From NCBI GenBank assembly GCA_026014815.1, contig JAOZHP010000077.1:6819-70818 (forward strand): a DNA stretch of 64,000 nucleotides. Direction: 5' to 3'. How positions within the stretch are numbered: the first letter of the stretch is position 1; every line of letters starts with the position of its first letter. Below the pieces are notes generated by a model, which was given only the letters and a program-made list of their open reading frames with translations, had not been told where the DNA came from and did not search any database. A program made the translations under genes and the position numbers. This DNA comes from Candidatus Bathyarchaeota archaeon (GTDB taxonomy: Archaea > Thermoproteota > Bathyarchaeia > TCS64). Positions 9,356 through 18,801 of the stretch are shown in pieces.

Positions 9356-9828
9356 TACTAGAGACGATTATATCTGCTCTCTACACGTATCTTCCCGCCT
9401 ACTTCGCCAACGCGAGCCCTGTGGTGCTGGGAGGCGGGCCACCACTGGATGGTGGTAGCAGATGGAGTGATGGGCGGCCACTGCTGGGGGACCATAAAAC
9501 CATAAAAGGCACCTTCTACGGCATCCTCGTCGGCATCATAGTAGGTGTCCTTCAGGGAAACATAGTCGGGGGTTCGATGCAGGCGGTGGGAGCTATTGCA
9601 GGGGATATAATCGTCAGTTTCCTCAAGCGGAGAATAGACCTTGTACCGGGTGAGAGTTTCCCAGTTGGCGACCAACTTGATTTTATTGTTTTCGCGGTTA
9701 TCTTGAGTTACCCATTCCAGAACACTTCATGGGGTCAGATCGTGACGATTCTTCTCATCACGCTTCCCATTCATTACGCTGTGAACTATATCGCGTGGTT
9801 GACAAAGCTCAAAGAGCATCCCTGGTAG
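9352..9828 (+). CDS. carS: CDP-archaeol synthase (CarS, DUF46); start is non-canonical (CTG 9352 or ATA 9355), as no ATG/GTG/TTG is available
   Basis: LILETIISALYTYLPAYFANASPVVLGGGPPLDGGSRWSDGRPLLGDHKTIKG matches the CarS N-terminal signature (LPAYxANxSPVL..GGG.P.D). GGAGG sits 7 nt upstream of the CTG. The frame is closed by TAA at 9295, and the first GTG (9421) falls inside the conserved motif. Confidence 0.7.
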   Translation: MILETIISALYTYLPAYFANASPVVLGGGPPLDGGSRWSDGRPLLGDHKTIKGTFYGILVGIIVGVLQGNIVGGSMQAVGAIAGDIIVSFLKRRIDLVPGESFPVGDQLDFIVFAVILSYPFQNTSWGQIVTILLITLPIHYAVNYIAWLTKLKEHPW

Positions 9829-10000
9829 CCGCAAAGACAACTTGTTTCCATTATTGAGCAGTGTTAGATATAATGTTCTATGACTTTGAACAACCGTTCG
9901 ATACAATGGTATTAAAACTGAAATCATAACTTATATGAGAGACAGACTAAAAAGAATTGTAAACGTTTGACAGGTGACACAGATGGGGGTGTGGGTGTAG

Positions 10001-10573
10001 ATGTCTAGTACAAGCAGACGTAAGATGCTGGCAGCACAAGAAGACATCGCCAACCAGATCGTGGAACTCGCCAAACGAAAAGACATGACCGTTTACCAGA
10101 CAGTCAACGACATCCTCGAACAAGCCATGAGAGTTGAAGGCATCGGGTTAAGCCTCAAACAGGTAGTAGACGAACGATGGATGCTTGAGCGGGCCAAGGA
10201 GATCGGTTTCACCTTCACCATCGAGCAGCTTCTAATCCAGATCGTCGATGGCGCTTTCGTAGAAAACAAGGAAAAGTTCACCGTGATCTTGCGTGAAATA
10301 GGTCACTGGTACGGTAAATACTTTGATGCCAAACACGATGAACCCCTGCAAGCGTTCAGGGATGCCATGGAGCTCTTTTGCTTGGGGGACATGGAGTACA
10401 GCCTTGAGCAGGGAAACAGAGAGCTTTCACTTACATTGATAGGTGAGAAACTCACCCCAGGTTACACCGAGCTGTTCAGTGTGATGACGGAGGAGCTTCT
10501 CACTGTGCTTGGGTACAAGCTGAAGGACAAGGAACTCAGGAAAGGCATGCTCAAGCTTGAGATGAAGCGGTGA
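10001..10573 (+). CDS. RHH-domain protein with uncharacterised C-terminal domain (paralog A of tandem pair)
   Basis: N-terminal DIANQIVELAKRKDMTVYQTVNDILEQAM is RHH-like. The C-terminal domain shares WYGKYF and LIGEKL blocks with the next gene. Confidence 0.45.
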   Translation: MSSTSRRKMLAAQEDIANQIVELAKRKDMTVYQTVNDILEQAMRVEGIGLSLKQVVDERWMLERAKEIGFTFTIEQLLIQIVDGAFVENKEKFTVILREIGHWYGKYFDAKHDEPLQAFRDAMELFCLGDMEYSLEQGNRELSLTLIGEKLTPGYTELFSVMTEELLTVLGYKLKDKELRKGMLKLEMKR

Positions 10574-10577
10574 TAAT

Positions 10578-11168
10578 ATGGTCGAGGAGCTACTGGACGA
10601 TAAAAAGTTCATAGTTGTCCCTAAACGACTCGCTGATAGGGTTAAGCTTGTCTCAGGTCGGCTTGGTGGTAGTGTGACGGATTATGCCATTGAGGTGTTC
10701 ACTCAGGCTCTTCGTGTCGATGAGATGGGCTCAAACCTCAAGGAAGCCGTGGATGTATATCATCTTGTCACCGTTCAGCAGGGTGCAGGCAAAATCAACG
10801 TCACAAAAGCTAACATGGGGGAGATTCTCAGTAAGTTATCGTCCGATAAGGAGGGTGTCTTATCGCAGATATGGTACGAGTCAGGGAAGTGGTATGGAGC
10901 CTACCTCAGTGTCAAGCTGAAAGACGAGGATATTCTCGGTTTCCTTGAGACGGATCTGTTGTTGACGTGGAACCTTGACGAGGTGGAGATAAGGAAACAG
11001 GACTTGATGGTCACGATAAGGTGTACCTCGTTCACTATGTCTATGGAGTTAACTGATTTACTTGTGAATTATCTTGTTGGGTTGATGGAGGAACTTGGGT
11101 TCATTGAGAATGAGCGAGATGTTCTCAGAGGATTAGTTACTCTCAAGTTTTTAGGACAACTGAAGTAA
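10578..11168 (+). CDS. RHH-domain protein with uncharacterised C-terminal domain (paralog B of tandem pair)
   Basis: KFIVVPKRLADRVKLVSGRLGGSVTDYAIEVFTQAL is RHH-like. The C-terminal domain contains WYGAYL and related blocks aligned with paralog A. Confidence 0.45.
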   Translation: MVEELLDDKKFIVVPKRLADRVKLVSGRLGGSVTDYAIEVFTQALRVDEMGSNLKEAVDVYHLVTVQQGAGKINVTKANMGEILSKLSSDKEGVLSQIWYESGKWYGAYLSVKLKDEDILGFLETDLLLTWNLDEVEIRKQDLMVTIRCTSFTMSMELTDLLVNYLVGLMEELGFIENERDVLRGLVTLKFLGQLK

Positions 11169-11483
11169 TTTATTTATACGTATCAATATGTATTAAAGAA
11201 TTCATACATTTTAACTTTATTATGTAATTGAAGCTTGATGAAATATTGTTAAAATGTTAGTTCTTTTCTTTTTTCATGGATTTTAATGATATATTAGTGT
11301 TTCATTTTATTATCATACACTAGTTATACTTATTTTTGTCTCATTTCTGTATACATTATCTGCCTCATTGTAGACATACCTTTAAGTATTAAACTACGTT
11401 TTTTGACATTAATCGTAGAACAAGGTAGATTTAGTTAGCATTCATGCTTCGGTCTCCTTGTTTGCGATAGAAAAAGGTGAATA
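11169..11483 (+). promoter_or_regulatory. 315-bp AT-rich intergenic region upstream of the large surface-protein gene, with multiple TATA-like elements and a purine-rich RBS (AAAGGTGA) before the ATG
   Basis: The base composition shifts sharply to under 30% GC. It contains TTTATATACG and TTAAAGAATT-type boxes. AAGGTGA lies at 11473-11480. Confidence 0.4.
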
Positions 11484-14321
11484 ATGAAAATGAATAGTAA
11501 AAAAGCGATAACGCTACTAGTATTAACAACAATTCTGCTATCAATGATGCCTTTAACTGGTGTTAAAGGTATAAACATACCTCTCAATACCCCTGGAACT
11601 GGTGACTATGGTGATACCATTGTGGTTACCGGTTCAGGCGTAACTGCTGGTAAAGACGTAGAGCTATACTGGGACCTAGTTCAGCCATGGAGCGCTGTAG
11701 ATGGTGCTGGCCTAGTAAACACAACGAAGGCCGAGTCTGCTGGTACCTATGAGGTTTGGTTCGATATTCCTGAGGCTACACTCGGAAATCACTACCTATG
11801 GGTACGTGACACAGAGACAGGCGACACAGCAGTATCAGTTGCATTCGTAGTCTATGAAAGAGTGAAGCTGTCAGCTTCGTCAGGCCTTGAGGGTGATAAA
11901 GTAGATGTCAAGATCTATGGTTTCGAAGATGAGACCGATGTAGCAATTCTACTGACAACTGCTGGTCAACCAGCAACAGCGGCAGCTGTACTTCCAGAAT
12001 CACTTGGAGCTCTTGATGCTACGAATACTGATTACTCGTTTACTCTAGATGAGACTCTAGTTGAACCCGGTTCTGTAACCCTTCTCGACACTCTTGCTAA
12101 CACTTTCGCTGACGCTGGCGATGGGACTCTCACTTCTGCTGCTGGTTCTGGGACGATCGATTATCTCACAGGAGAGATCGATCTGACTTATACAGTAGCC
12201 CCTGGTGCAGGAACCATCTCTGCGACATTATACGACACTTATACAGTTACACAAGACACGAGATGGGTCTTTACATCTGCTGTAGAAACAGATGATTTTG
12301 GCTCTTTGGTAAAAGCAGTGACTATTCCCGATGAGGCTACCGAGATGGCTTATGGATCCTATGAGGTCTATGCATACGATGGTGATGGTAACAGCCAAAT
12401 AGCAGCTTTCGCAATTGGTGCTGTAATCACTCTTGATGTTGACGAGGGTCCTGTTGGGACTGTCGTTGAGATTAGAGGCAGTGGATTTGATCCAGGTGAA
12501 TTCATTGGTGATGTATTAAGTGAGGTTGTTATAACAGACGGTGTAACGCCTGTAGATTGTTACATCGTAGACCTACCTGTTGCAGGTGTTGATATCGACG
12601 CAGCTGGGGACTTTAAACTCGAAGTTGTAATCCCATCCGTCGATATGGATGACTACGACACGATTACTGTAACAGACGGTTTTATTCCTCCAAATACAGC
12701 TAGCGCTGACTTTGAGGTACTTGGTGAGTCTGGCATAGAGATATCACCAGGATACGGTGTACAAGGTTCATCGATTACTATCGATGGGTACAACTTCTCT
12801 CAGATCGATGGTGAAAAGGTGACATTAGCACTCTATACAGATGTTGCTACTCCCGTCCACATCGTTGATATAAAAGACTTCGAGACTGACAACGACGGAG
12901 AGTTCAGCGGAACATTCACTGTTCCTGCAAGAACTTCCGACACATATGTACTACGTGCTGAACAGAGCGATTGGGATACCGAATCAGACGAGGACTTTAG
13001 AATTGGCATGATGATTGTCATTCTATCTCCAAGCGAGGGTCCTGCTGGTACTCTTGTCACAATCACTGGAACTGGGTTCACAGAAGATGATGAGTGGAAC
13101 GCAACTTTCGGTGATGCTGACTTGGTAACAGACGGTGATGTTGACTCATCAGGTAACCTTGGTGTTGGCACTGTTCCAACATTCTATGTACCATCAAGTG
13201 CAGCGGGAGTTTATCCCATTAGTGTCCTTGACATTGGTACAGAGATCACGGTAGATGTTGAGTACACAATAACCGACAATACCATGGTTACATCAGATCC
13301 GACACAAGGACCACAGGATTACAACGTAACAATTGAAGGTAAATACTTTGCAGCAGACGACGACGACCTTGCAGATGTAGCTCTAGAATTCGTACTCTAC
13401 AACGAGACAGAGGACTGGGACATCGACGTCCTACAGATGTGGGACCACGACGCTAATCCACTCACTGTAAGCGTTGAAAGAGCTACGATAGTCGACGATG
13501 AAGGTAACTTCACAGCATGGTGGGACTTCAACGACGGAGACATAGAACTCAGTGTTGGAACATACACGGTAAACGTAACTGACAGTGAGGATCTATTCAT
13601 GCAGTTCCCGTTCAGCGTAGTGCCCAAGACAGTCGACATCGTGTCAAGAAAGGCATCGTTCAATATCGGCGACACAGTTGCTTTCGACGTCGTGAGTAGT
13701 TTCGCGATGGAAGACTCATACATCAAGATCTACGATCCAAGTGAAGATCTGTACTGGAAGACCGAACTATTTACCGGTATCTGGATCAAAGTAGGAACAA
13801 CAGAGCTTGTTCCATACTACCAACAGACAGCCGGCGGTAACCCAATGGTACTTCTCGACGATGCTCCACTCGGTACGTGGACTTGGACCATGTATGATGA
13901 TGAAGGCGACGTGGTTGACGACGGAAGCTTCACAGTTCAAGCTGCTGCCGCTGATATCCTCGGTGAGCAGATCGACGACCTCAACACTGCGATCAGTGAC
14001 CTGACCTCAGACATCTCTGATGTCAGTGACGAGGTAGCGAGCCTAAGCTCTGATCTAAGCAGCGACATCAACGACGCCATCGCCGCAGCTAACGCAGCGG
14101 TAGACGCAGCCAACGCAGCGACCACAGCCGTAAACGCAGTTACAGCAGTCTCCAGCGAAGCCGCACAGGCAGCCGCTGACGCAGCTGAAGCAGCCGCAGA
14201 GGCAAAGGACGCAGCAAACGGTCTAACCACACTGGTCTACGGAGCAATCGGCGCAAGCCTAGTAGCAGCACTCGCAGCAATCGTATCACTTATGCAGATA
14301 AGCAAAAGGATCGCAGGCTAA
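11484..14321 (+). CDS. Cell-surface (S-layer-like) protein: signal peptide, repeated Ig-like/beta-sandwich domains, Ala/Asp/Ser-rich coiled-coil stalk, C-terminal TM anchor
   Basis: Signal peptide MKMNSKKAITLLVLTTILLSMMPLTG. The 945-aa sequence is rich in Thr, Asp, Gly and Val, with repeated G(S/T)GF motifs (VEIRGSGFDPGEF, VTITGTGFTEDDEW). The Ala/Asp-rich stretch AISDLTSDISDVSDE...AAAEAKDAANG is followed by the hydrophobic LVYGAIGASLVAALAAIVSL and a basic tail. Confidence 0.6.
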   Translation: MKMNSKKAITLLVLTTILLSMMPLTGVKGINIPLNTPGTGDYGDTIVVTGSGVTAGKDVELYWDLVQPWSAVDGAGLVNTTKAESAGTYEVWFDIPEATLGNHYLWVRDTETGDTAVSVAFVVYERVKLSASSGLEGDKVDVKIYGFEDETDVAILLTTAGQPATAAAVLPESLGALDATNTDYSFTLDETLVEPGSVTLLDTLANTFADAGDGTLTSAAGSGTIDYLTGEIDLTYTVAPGAGTISATLYDTYTVTQDTRWVFTSAVETDDFGSLVKAVTIPDEATEMAYGSYEVYAYDGDGNSQIAAFAIGAVITLDVDEGPVGTVVEIRGSGFDPGEFIGDVLSEVVITDGVTPVDCYIVDLPVAGVDIDAAGDFKLEVVIPSVDMDDYDTITVTDGFIPPNTASADFEVLGESGIEISPGYGVQGSSITIDGYNFSQIDGEKVTLALYTDVATPVHIVDIKDFETDNDGEFSGTFTVPARTSDTYVLRAEQSDWDTESDEDFRIGMMIVILSPSEGPAGTLVTITGTGFTEDDEWNATFGDADLVTDGDVDSSGNLGVGTVPTFYVPSSAAGVYPISVLDIGTEITVDVEYTITDNTMVTSDPTQGPQDYNVTIEGKYFAADDDDLADVALEFVLYNETEDWDIDVLQMWDHDANPLTVSVERATIVDDEGNFTAWWDFNDGDIELSVGTYTVNVTDSEDLFMQFPFSVVPKTVDIVSRKASFNIGDTVAFDVVSSFAMEDSYIKIYDPSEDLYWKTELFTGIWIKVGTTELVPYYQQTAGGNPMVLLDDAPLGTWTWTMYDDEGDVVDDGSFTVQAAAADILGEQIDDLNTAISDLTSDISDVSDEVASLSSDLSSDINDAIAAANAAVDAANAATTAVNAVTAVSSEAAQAAADAAEAAAEAKDAANGLTTLVYGAIGASLVAALAAIVSLMQISKRIAG

Positions 14322-14333
14322 ACAGCCAAACAA

Positions 14334-14360
14334 CCCTTTTCTTTTTTTATTTTTATTCTC
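14334..14360. terminator. Oligo-T terminator between convergent genes
   Basis: CCCTTTTCTTTTTTTATTTTTATTCTC directly follows the TAA of the surface-protein gene. Confidence 0.45.
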
Positions 14361-14365
14361 AAAAA

Positions 14366-15298
14366 CTAGTGAACATACTGCACACTGAAAGGTATGTTCA
14401 ATAAAACATCGATGTACACATAGAGAGTACTCCGAACTCTCGTGTATGAAAGATCTTCCAGAGACTCTAATACCGGCAGTTCCTGCTCTTCAACCAGATC
14501 TTGTTCGACTCTATCCCTAACAGTCTCAAGCGATTGCCAGAGCCTTTCATTGGTGTCTGCGTCAGTCAACCCAGTAATTGACTCAAGTTCCCTCTCCCAT
14601 ACCGTAAGAAGCACCTTGAGAAATTGGTACCCATAATCCGAGCTTATCCATTCTGAAGTATGCTTCGCTGTTTCAGCTACACTATGGAATATTATATCAA
14701 TGGACTCGGAGGCTTCTCTCTTAATTTCCTCGATCTGCCGGGTCTCAATCATTAAATCGAGGTTATCTAAAGGAACTTTTCCCGCCGTTACAAGGGAGAT
14801 GAGGTGTCTCTCGTTCTCTATCTTTTTTGCCTGCTGTATGGTTGCTTTTACCTGTCTCCAATCCACTATTCCATCCAGTTGGCTTATTATTTCTAAGAAC
14901 TTTTCGACAAGCTCCAAGTTCAAGGTAACTTGGTTCAAGTAGGCGTTCCTGTAATCATGGAATTCTCTGGTTGCCTTCTCGAACTCACTTCTCCGTCGTT
15001 CAATATCCTCATCGATCAGTGATTTTATCTCTGTGAGCTTTTCAGCGGTTCTGGTGAAGAAAACGATCTCCTCCTCAACCTCATCAGTCATGATTTTTAT
15101 CACCAATCTACGCGATTTTGCGTACGGCTTGTGGCCAGTGCTGAGCTCAGTGCTGATTGTGTCAGTTAGCGGTTTCTCAATCTGAATTATTCTTTTTTTC
15201 CCCAGAAATCCCTTCTCAACTTCAACCTTCACAGAGTCCTCTGATACCGATAAGTAAGCGACCTTTCCTTGGGGGAGCTTCCCTATTACCTCAGGCAT
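14366..15298 (-). CDS. Hypothetical alpha-helical/coiled-coil protein, translationally coupled to the upstream 778-aa membrane protein
   Basis: 310 aa, charged and Glu/Leu/Ile-rich. Its ATG overlaps the upstream TGA (ATGCCTGA). Confidence 0.5.
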   Translation of the reverse strand: MPEVIGKLPQGKVAYLSVSEDSVKVEVEKGFLGKKRIIQIEKPLTDTISTELSTGHKPYAKSRRLVIKIMTDEVEEEIVFFTRTAEKLTEIKSLIDEDIERRRSEFEKATREFHDYRNAYLNQVTLNLELVEKFLEIISQLDGIVDWRQVKATIQQAKKIENERHLISLVTAGKVPLDNLDLMIETRQIEEIKREASESIDIIFHSVAETAKHTSEWISSDYGYQFLKVLLTVWERELESITGLTDADTNERLWQSLETVRDRVEQDLVEEQELPVLESLEDLSYTRVRSTLYVYIDVLLNIPFSVQYVH

Positions 15299-17627
15299 CC
15301 GGGTTCCTCCTCAATGAGTTCGTTGTCTCCTCAAGGGTTAACGGTGAGTACGTGGTCCTCTGGTACATTTTGAGGTACTCTCTGCCATAATTCTCGGCGA
15401 CACCCAGCTCATCAAGTTTGACCTCTTCCTTTAGGTCAAGTATCCTTGATATCTTCTTTGAGAATACTGGGTAGTTTAGCAGCATCTCCTTTCTCTCGTT
15501 ATAGTACTCGATGGTGTCTACTGCTTCGTCGATATAGCTTAGTACTCTGTAAAGGTGGTTGATTATTTCGTCTATTCCGTATTTCTCATAGTTGTTTATG
15601 ACCTCAAGGCTGTGGTTCATTCGCTCTGTGAGAGTTATGTTACGGTTCCACTCATAGTCTTCACGTGGTAGAAGCAGATTGATGTTAAACTCCAAGTCTT
15701 GTAGATGGTAGTATAGGAGCCCAATGATCCTTCCAACAACCGTAACAGTGGAGAGAATCGTATCTCTGATAAGTATGACCTTCAAGACCTTGAGGTTCTC
15801 ATCTCCTTCAGTAAAGTCCCTCTTAGAGACTTTCTCAGAGAGACTTTGTATGAGCTCAAACTTGTCTCCAAGTAGTGGCAATAGACTGCTCTTACGTTTA
15901 CTCAGAGTGACAATGGTCTCCACGCTATCGTTGATTGGCCTTGTTGCATTCACGATATCCGCCGAATACTGTTTCTCCCAGTTCTTCAATGAAACCAAAA
16001 TAGCCTTGATGATTACCCATGGCTCATCCTCATCCTGTTTCTGACGGGAGATCTGGAGAGTTGCACTGTCTCTTGGTAGATTAGGCTCAAAGAGACTGCT
16101 GATGATCTCATAGATCTTGTCTGAGGTCTCGATGAGTCGCTCCACTAGTATCCTGCCGAACTTCACGATGTTCTTGATATGCTCCACTTTTTCTTCAAGA
16201 GGTGCATCTACTGCGAGATCGGGTACCTCCGGGGCATCGACTTCTAACCCAAGTTCCTTGATCTCACCCGCCGCTTCCAAGTACTCGAACTTGATCTTGA
16301 TGTAATGATCACGGAGAGCCACATCTAGTTGAGTTTCAAATGAAAGGGCTTCCTCTCTGAGTTCATTGTATATTCTTCTTATCCTCATATCTATGTCATC
16401 TAATTCAAGGACGGTGGTCTTGGCACTGCGGTTGATCTCTCTCAGCTCATCCTCAACGATATTCATCCTCGATACAATATCCATAAAGTTGTCAGGGGTG
16501 GGATTACCCATGCTTTCAGCGATCTCCCTGTACCCTACAATTAGCTCAATCAACGCATCGGTTTCCGTGATAAGAGCATCAGACCTTTTCTCTCTGACCT
16601 CCTTCAGGTCTCCCACATACTTGGCTAAAGCAACAGGCGCAGAGAATAATATTGTGAAAGTTGTTGAACTGATCAGGATCGGTCGATCTACCATTGCTTG
16701 AAAAGCTAATGGAGCTTGCAGATAATCGATTGCCACGAAGAAGACGATATTGGTTAATGCGGCCGCGAATATTGGGAGAACGTAGACCATCGCGTCCACG
16801 TACATCCCGGGCATATTGGCTTTTTTGATTGGGTCAGGCATGTTCATGTTCAGTATAGCTATAGCCGAGATGAGCCCAGACATGATAATGAAGAAAAAGA
16901 CCATTCCCGGTAACGAGTTAATGAAGCTTTCAAAGGCCAATCTTTCCCCATTGAATATAATTTCTGATGGCGTGATGCCTGTGATTGTATTGAACACTTT
17001 TTTCAGGGTCTCAAGGCTAATAGTTGGGAGAGATGCCTGGATATCTGAATAAATAGTGTCTAGGGGCGTGTACAATGGCGGCATCATTTCTACCTCATAA
17101 GTCTTGAGGAACTGCATCACCTGTAGAGGGATGCTTATTGCCGCGTAGTAGATGAACGTGTACGCGATACCTTTCCCCTTGTAGATGGTAGCAAAGACCA
17201 GTATCAGGGGAATAGCCAGATAGAACGTCGACCTGAAGAACAGTAAGGACACGGCGATTATCCCCATATCCATAGCGATTATCTGGAGGTTGTTATTAGC
17301 GATCACTGGGCAGATAACAAATGGAGCTATCATCAATGCCATGAGGATGGTGTTTCTTAAAGGACTCTCAATGAGTTGAAAAAACCCGATTCTTGAAAGA
17401 TGATAAAATAGTCCTAGAACGATTATGAGGCTACCTGACATCGCACCATAGGGCATGTCCTTATAGATGGAGTAAGCCACGAGGAACGCTACAACTATTG
17501 GTAAAGGAGAAGGAAGTAAGGGTATCAGCGTGAACCCGGCGGCCATACTGATCATGGTTACTATAAAGGTGATTAGCTTCCCCGTCTGTTCGCTGAAGTC
17601 CCCGTCCATGAAGAGTCCGAAACTCAT
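15291..17627 (-). CDS. Large polytopic membrane protein (about 9 TM helices, roughly 360 aa) fused to a cytoplasmic coiled-coil domain of about 400 aa; function unknown
   Basis: The N-terminal half is strongly hydrophobic with multiple helices. The C-terminal half is rich in Glu, Lys, Leu, Ile and Arg with heptad-like periodicity. Likely leaderless: a TATA-like box sits about 27 nt from the ATG. Confidence 0.55.
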   Translation of the reverse strand: MSFGLFMDGDFSEQTGKLITFIVTMISMAAGFTLIPLLPSPLPIVVAFLVAYSIYKDMPYGAMSGSLIIVLGLFYHLSRIGFFQLIESPLRNTILMALMIAPFVICPVIANNNLQIIAMDMGIIAVSLLFFRSTFYLAIPLILVFATIYKGKGIAYTFIYYAAISIPLQVMQFLKTYEVEMMPPLYTPLDTIYSDIQASLPTISLETLKKVFNTITGITPSEIIFNGERLAFESFINSLPGMVFFFIIMSGLISAIAILNMNMPDPIKKANMPGMYVDAMVYVLPIFAAALTNIVFFVAIDYLQAPLAFQAMVDRPILISSTTFTILFSAPVALAKYVGDLKEVREKRSDALITETDALIELIVGYREIAESMGNPTPDNFMDIVSRMNIVEDELREINRSAKTTVLELDDIDMRIRRIYNELREEALSFETQLDVALRDHYIKIKFEYLEAAGEIKELGLEVDAPEVPDLAVDAPLEEKVEHIKNIVKFGRILVERLIETSDKIYEIISSLFEPNLPRDSATLQISRQKQDEDEPWVIIKAILVSLKNWEKQYSADIVNATRPINDSVETIVTLSKRKSSLLPLLGDKFELIQSLSEKVSKRDFTEGDENLKVLKVILIRDTILSTVTVVGRIIGLLYYHLQDLEFNINLLLPREDYEWNRNITLTERMNHSLEVINNYEKYGIDEIINHLYRVLSYIDEAVDTIEYYNERKEMLLNYPVFSKKISRILDLKEEVKLDELGVAENYGREYLKMYQRTTYSPLTLEETTNSLRRNPDA

Positions 17628-17639
17628 ATCCCCAACCTC

Positions 17640-17665
17640 AGTACCTTGATATTATATAACCCTAA
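17640..17665. promoter_or_regulatory. Palindromic TATA-like element (TTGATATTATATAAC) in the 49-bp divergent intergenic region; candidate shared promoter for two leaderless divergent transcripts
   Basis: ATATTATATAA is centred about 26-27 nt from both the minus-strand ATG (17627) and the plus-strand GTG/ATG (17677/17680). Confidence 0.45.
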
Positions 17666-17676
17666 GTGCGTGATCT

Positions 17677-18801
17677 GTGATGAGCCTAAGCGAATCTGAC
17701 TTAAAACTGCTTGTAGCTTTAAAAAAACACATTAACGCAATCACACCAGATCTCCCTGACCGGGCAGTCATCACTGTAGGCCAGTACACCCTAGATTCCC
17801 TTCTTGACTCTCCTTCATTGCAGGAGGAGGGCATAACTGATCTCATCCGGGTACATCATAAGAAGGATTTGGAACATAAAACAGTAGAAATTGATCCCGA
17901 GTACAGCATCGAGGTTGATACTCTATACGAGCCACATTACTGGTTTGACCTCCAAGAGAACCTTGACAGCGATTCCTTCGAAGAGCACGTGAACAAGCGT
18001 ATTTACGATTACCACGACGAGATACTCACCCTCGTAAACGTCTCTGAGGGTTCATCCTCGGGACTATTTCCAATATTACACAAGATTCTCGCCGAGAAGG
18101 GGAAGAACGCACTCGGCGTCGCCGTGTTTCCATCAATGGGCCATAGCAGCGACGCATTATTCAACGCGTTTGCATCCGTGGGTATGATGAACCTTAACAA
18201 TTCAGCTCCCGTACTGCTGCTTGATCAGGGAAAGCTAGAGGATTTCTCGGGGGTGCACCGGGAGGGCGAGCCCCTGCGAGACATGGAAGTTATTGACTAC
18301 ATGGTTGAGCTGCTTCTCGATAAGAGAGGATTCGTTAGGGATATCTACAAGATCTCAAAGAACTTTAATATCAAGACCTTCTCGGCGTTGATGGCCACTG
18401 GTTGCAGCCTTGGCATCTACGAGAATTTCCGAAATATTCTCGAGATCACCCTTGAGCAGCCATTGATGGACTTTGATATCAGCACCGCCACTATGATCTA
18501 TGTACTGGTCAAGGCGCCCATCTATTACCGGGACGAGTTAACGAAAGGGGACATCGAGTTTGAGGTCTCCCAGTGGCTAATGGACTCCCTCGGGGTTGAT
18601 ATTCCCCAGATATGTGAACCCATCTTTGTGGACGAGTTCGGTGACAGGATAGACATCATGATCCTTGTTGGAGGGTTCGATACAAAGAAGATCTACGGGG
18701 ACATCTACCGGAGGATCGAGAGGTTCAGCAACATGAACCTAGAGCAGGGACTCTACGATAAGGAACTTTGGGAAAAAATTAAGAAAGAGTTACTTGGTTA
18801 A
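17677..18801 (+). CDS. Degenerate FtsZ/tubulin-superfamily protein (GTP-binding motifs lost, T7-like loop retained)
   Basis: AVITVGQYTLDSL sits at the G-box position. VAVFPSMGHSSDALFNAFASV aligns with the FtsZ T4 signature (FIAAGMGGGTGTGAAP) but with Gly replaced. QPLMDFDISTATMIYVL aligns with the T7 loop (NVDFADVRTVM). Convergent with the intact FtsZ-like gene, stop codons overlapping. Confidence 0.45.
   Translation: MMSLSESDLKLLVALKKHINAITPDLPDRAVITVGQYTLDSLLDSPSLQEEGITDLIRVHHKKDLEHKTVEIDPEYSIEVDTLYEPHYWFDLQENLDSDSFEEHVNKRIYDYHDEILTLVNVSEGSSSGLFPILHKILAEKGKNALGVAVFPSMGHSSDALFNAFASVGMMNLNNSAPVLLLDQGKLEDFSGVHREGEPLRDMEVIDYMVELLLDKRGFVRDIYKISKNFNIKTFSALMATGCSLGIYENFRNILEITLEQPLMDFDISTATMIYVLVKAPIYYRDELTKGDIEFEVSQWLMDSLGVDIPQICEPIFVDEFGDRIDIMILVGGFDTKKIYGDIYRRIERFSNMNLEQGLYDKELWEKIKKELLG

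Noticed and set aside
12833-14230. Minus-strand ORFs (12833..13171, 13397..13726, 13937..14230) inside the surface-protein gene
   Set aside because: They are antisense to a long, confidently coding ORF. Their Ser/Ala-rich low-complexity translation mirrors the sense-strand Asp/Ala/Thr repeats. No start or RBS context.
17677-18801. Calling the 374-aa protein a bona fide tubulin/CetZ
   Set aside because: Glycine-rich nucleotide-binding signatures are absent. Only positional and pattern similarity to the FtsZ fold remains, so I describe it as a degenerate family member and leave function unassigned.
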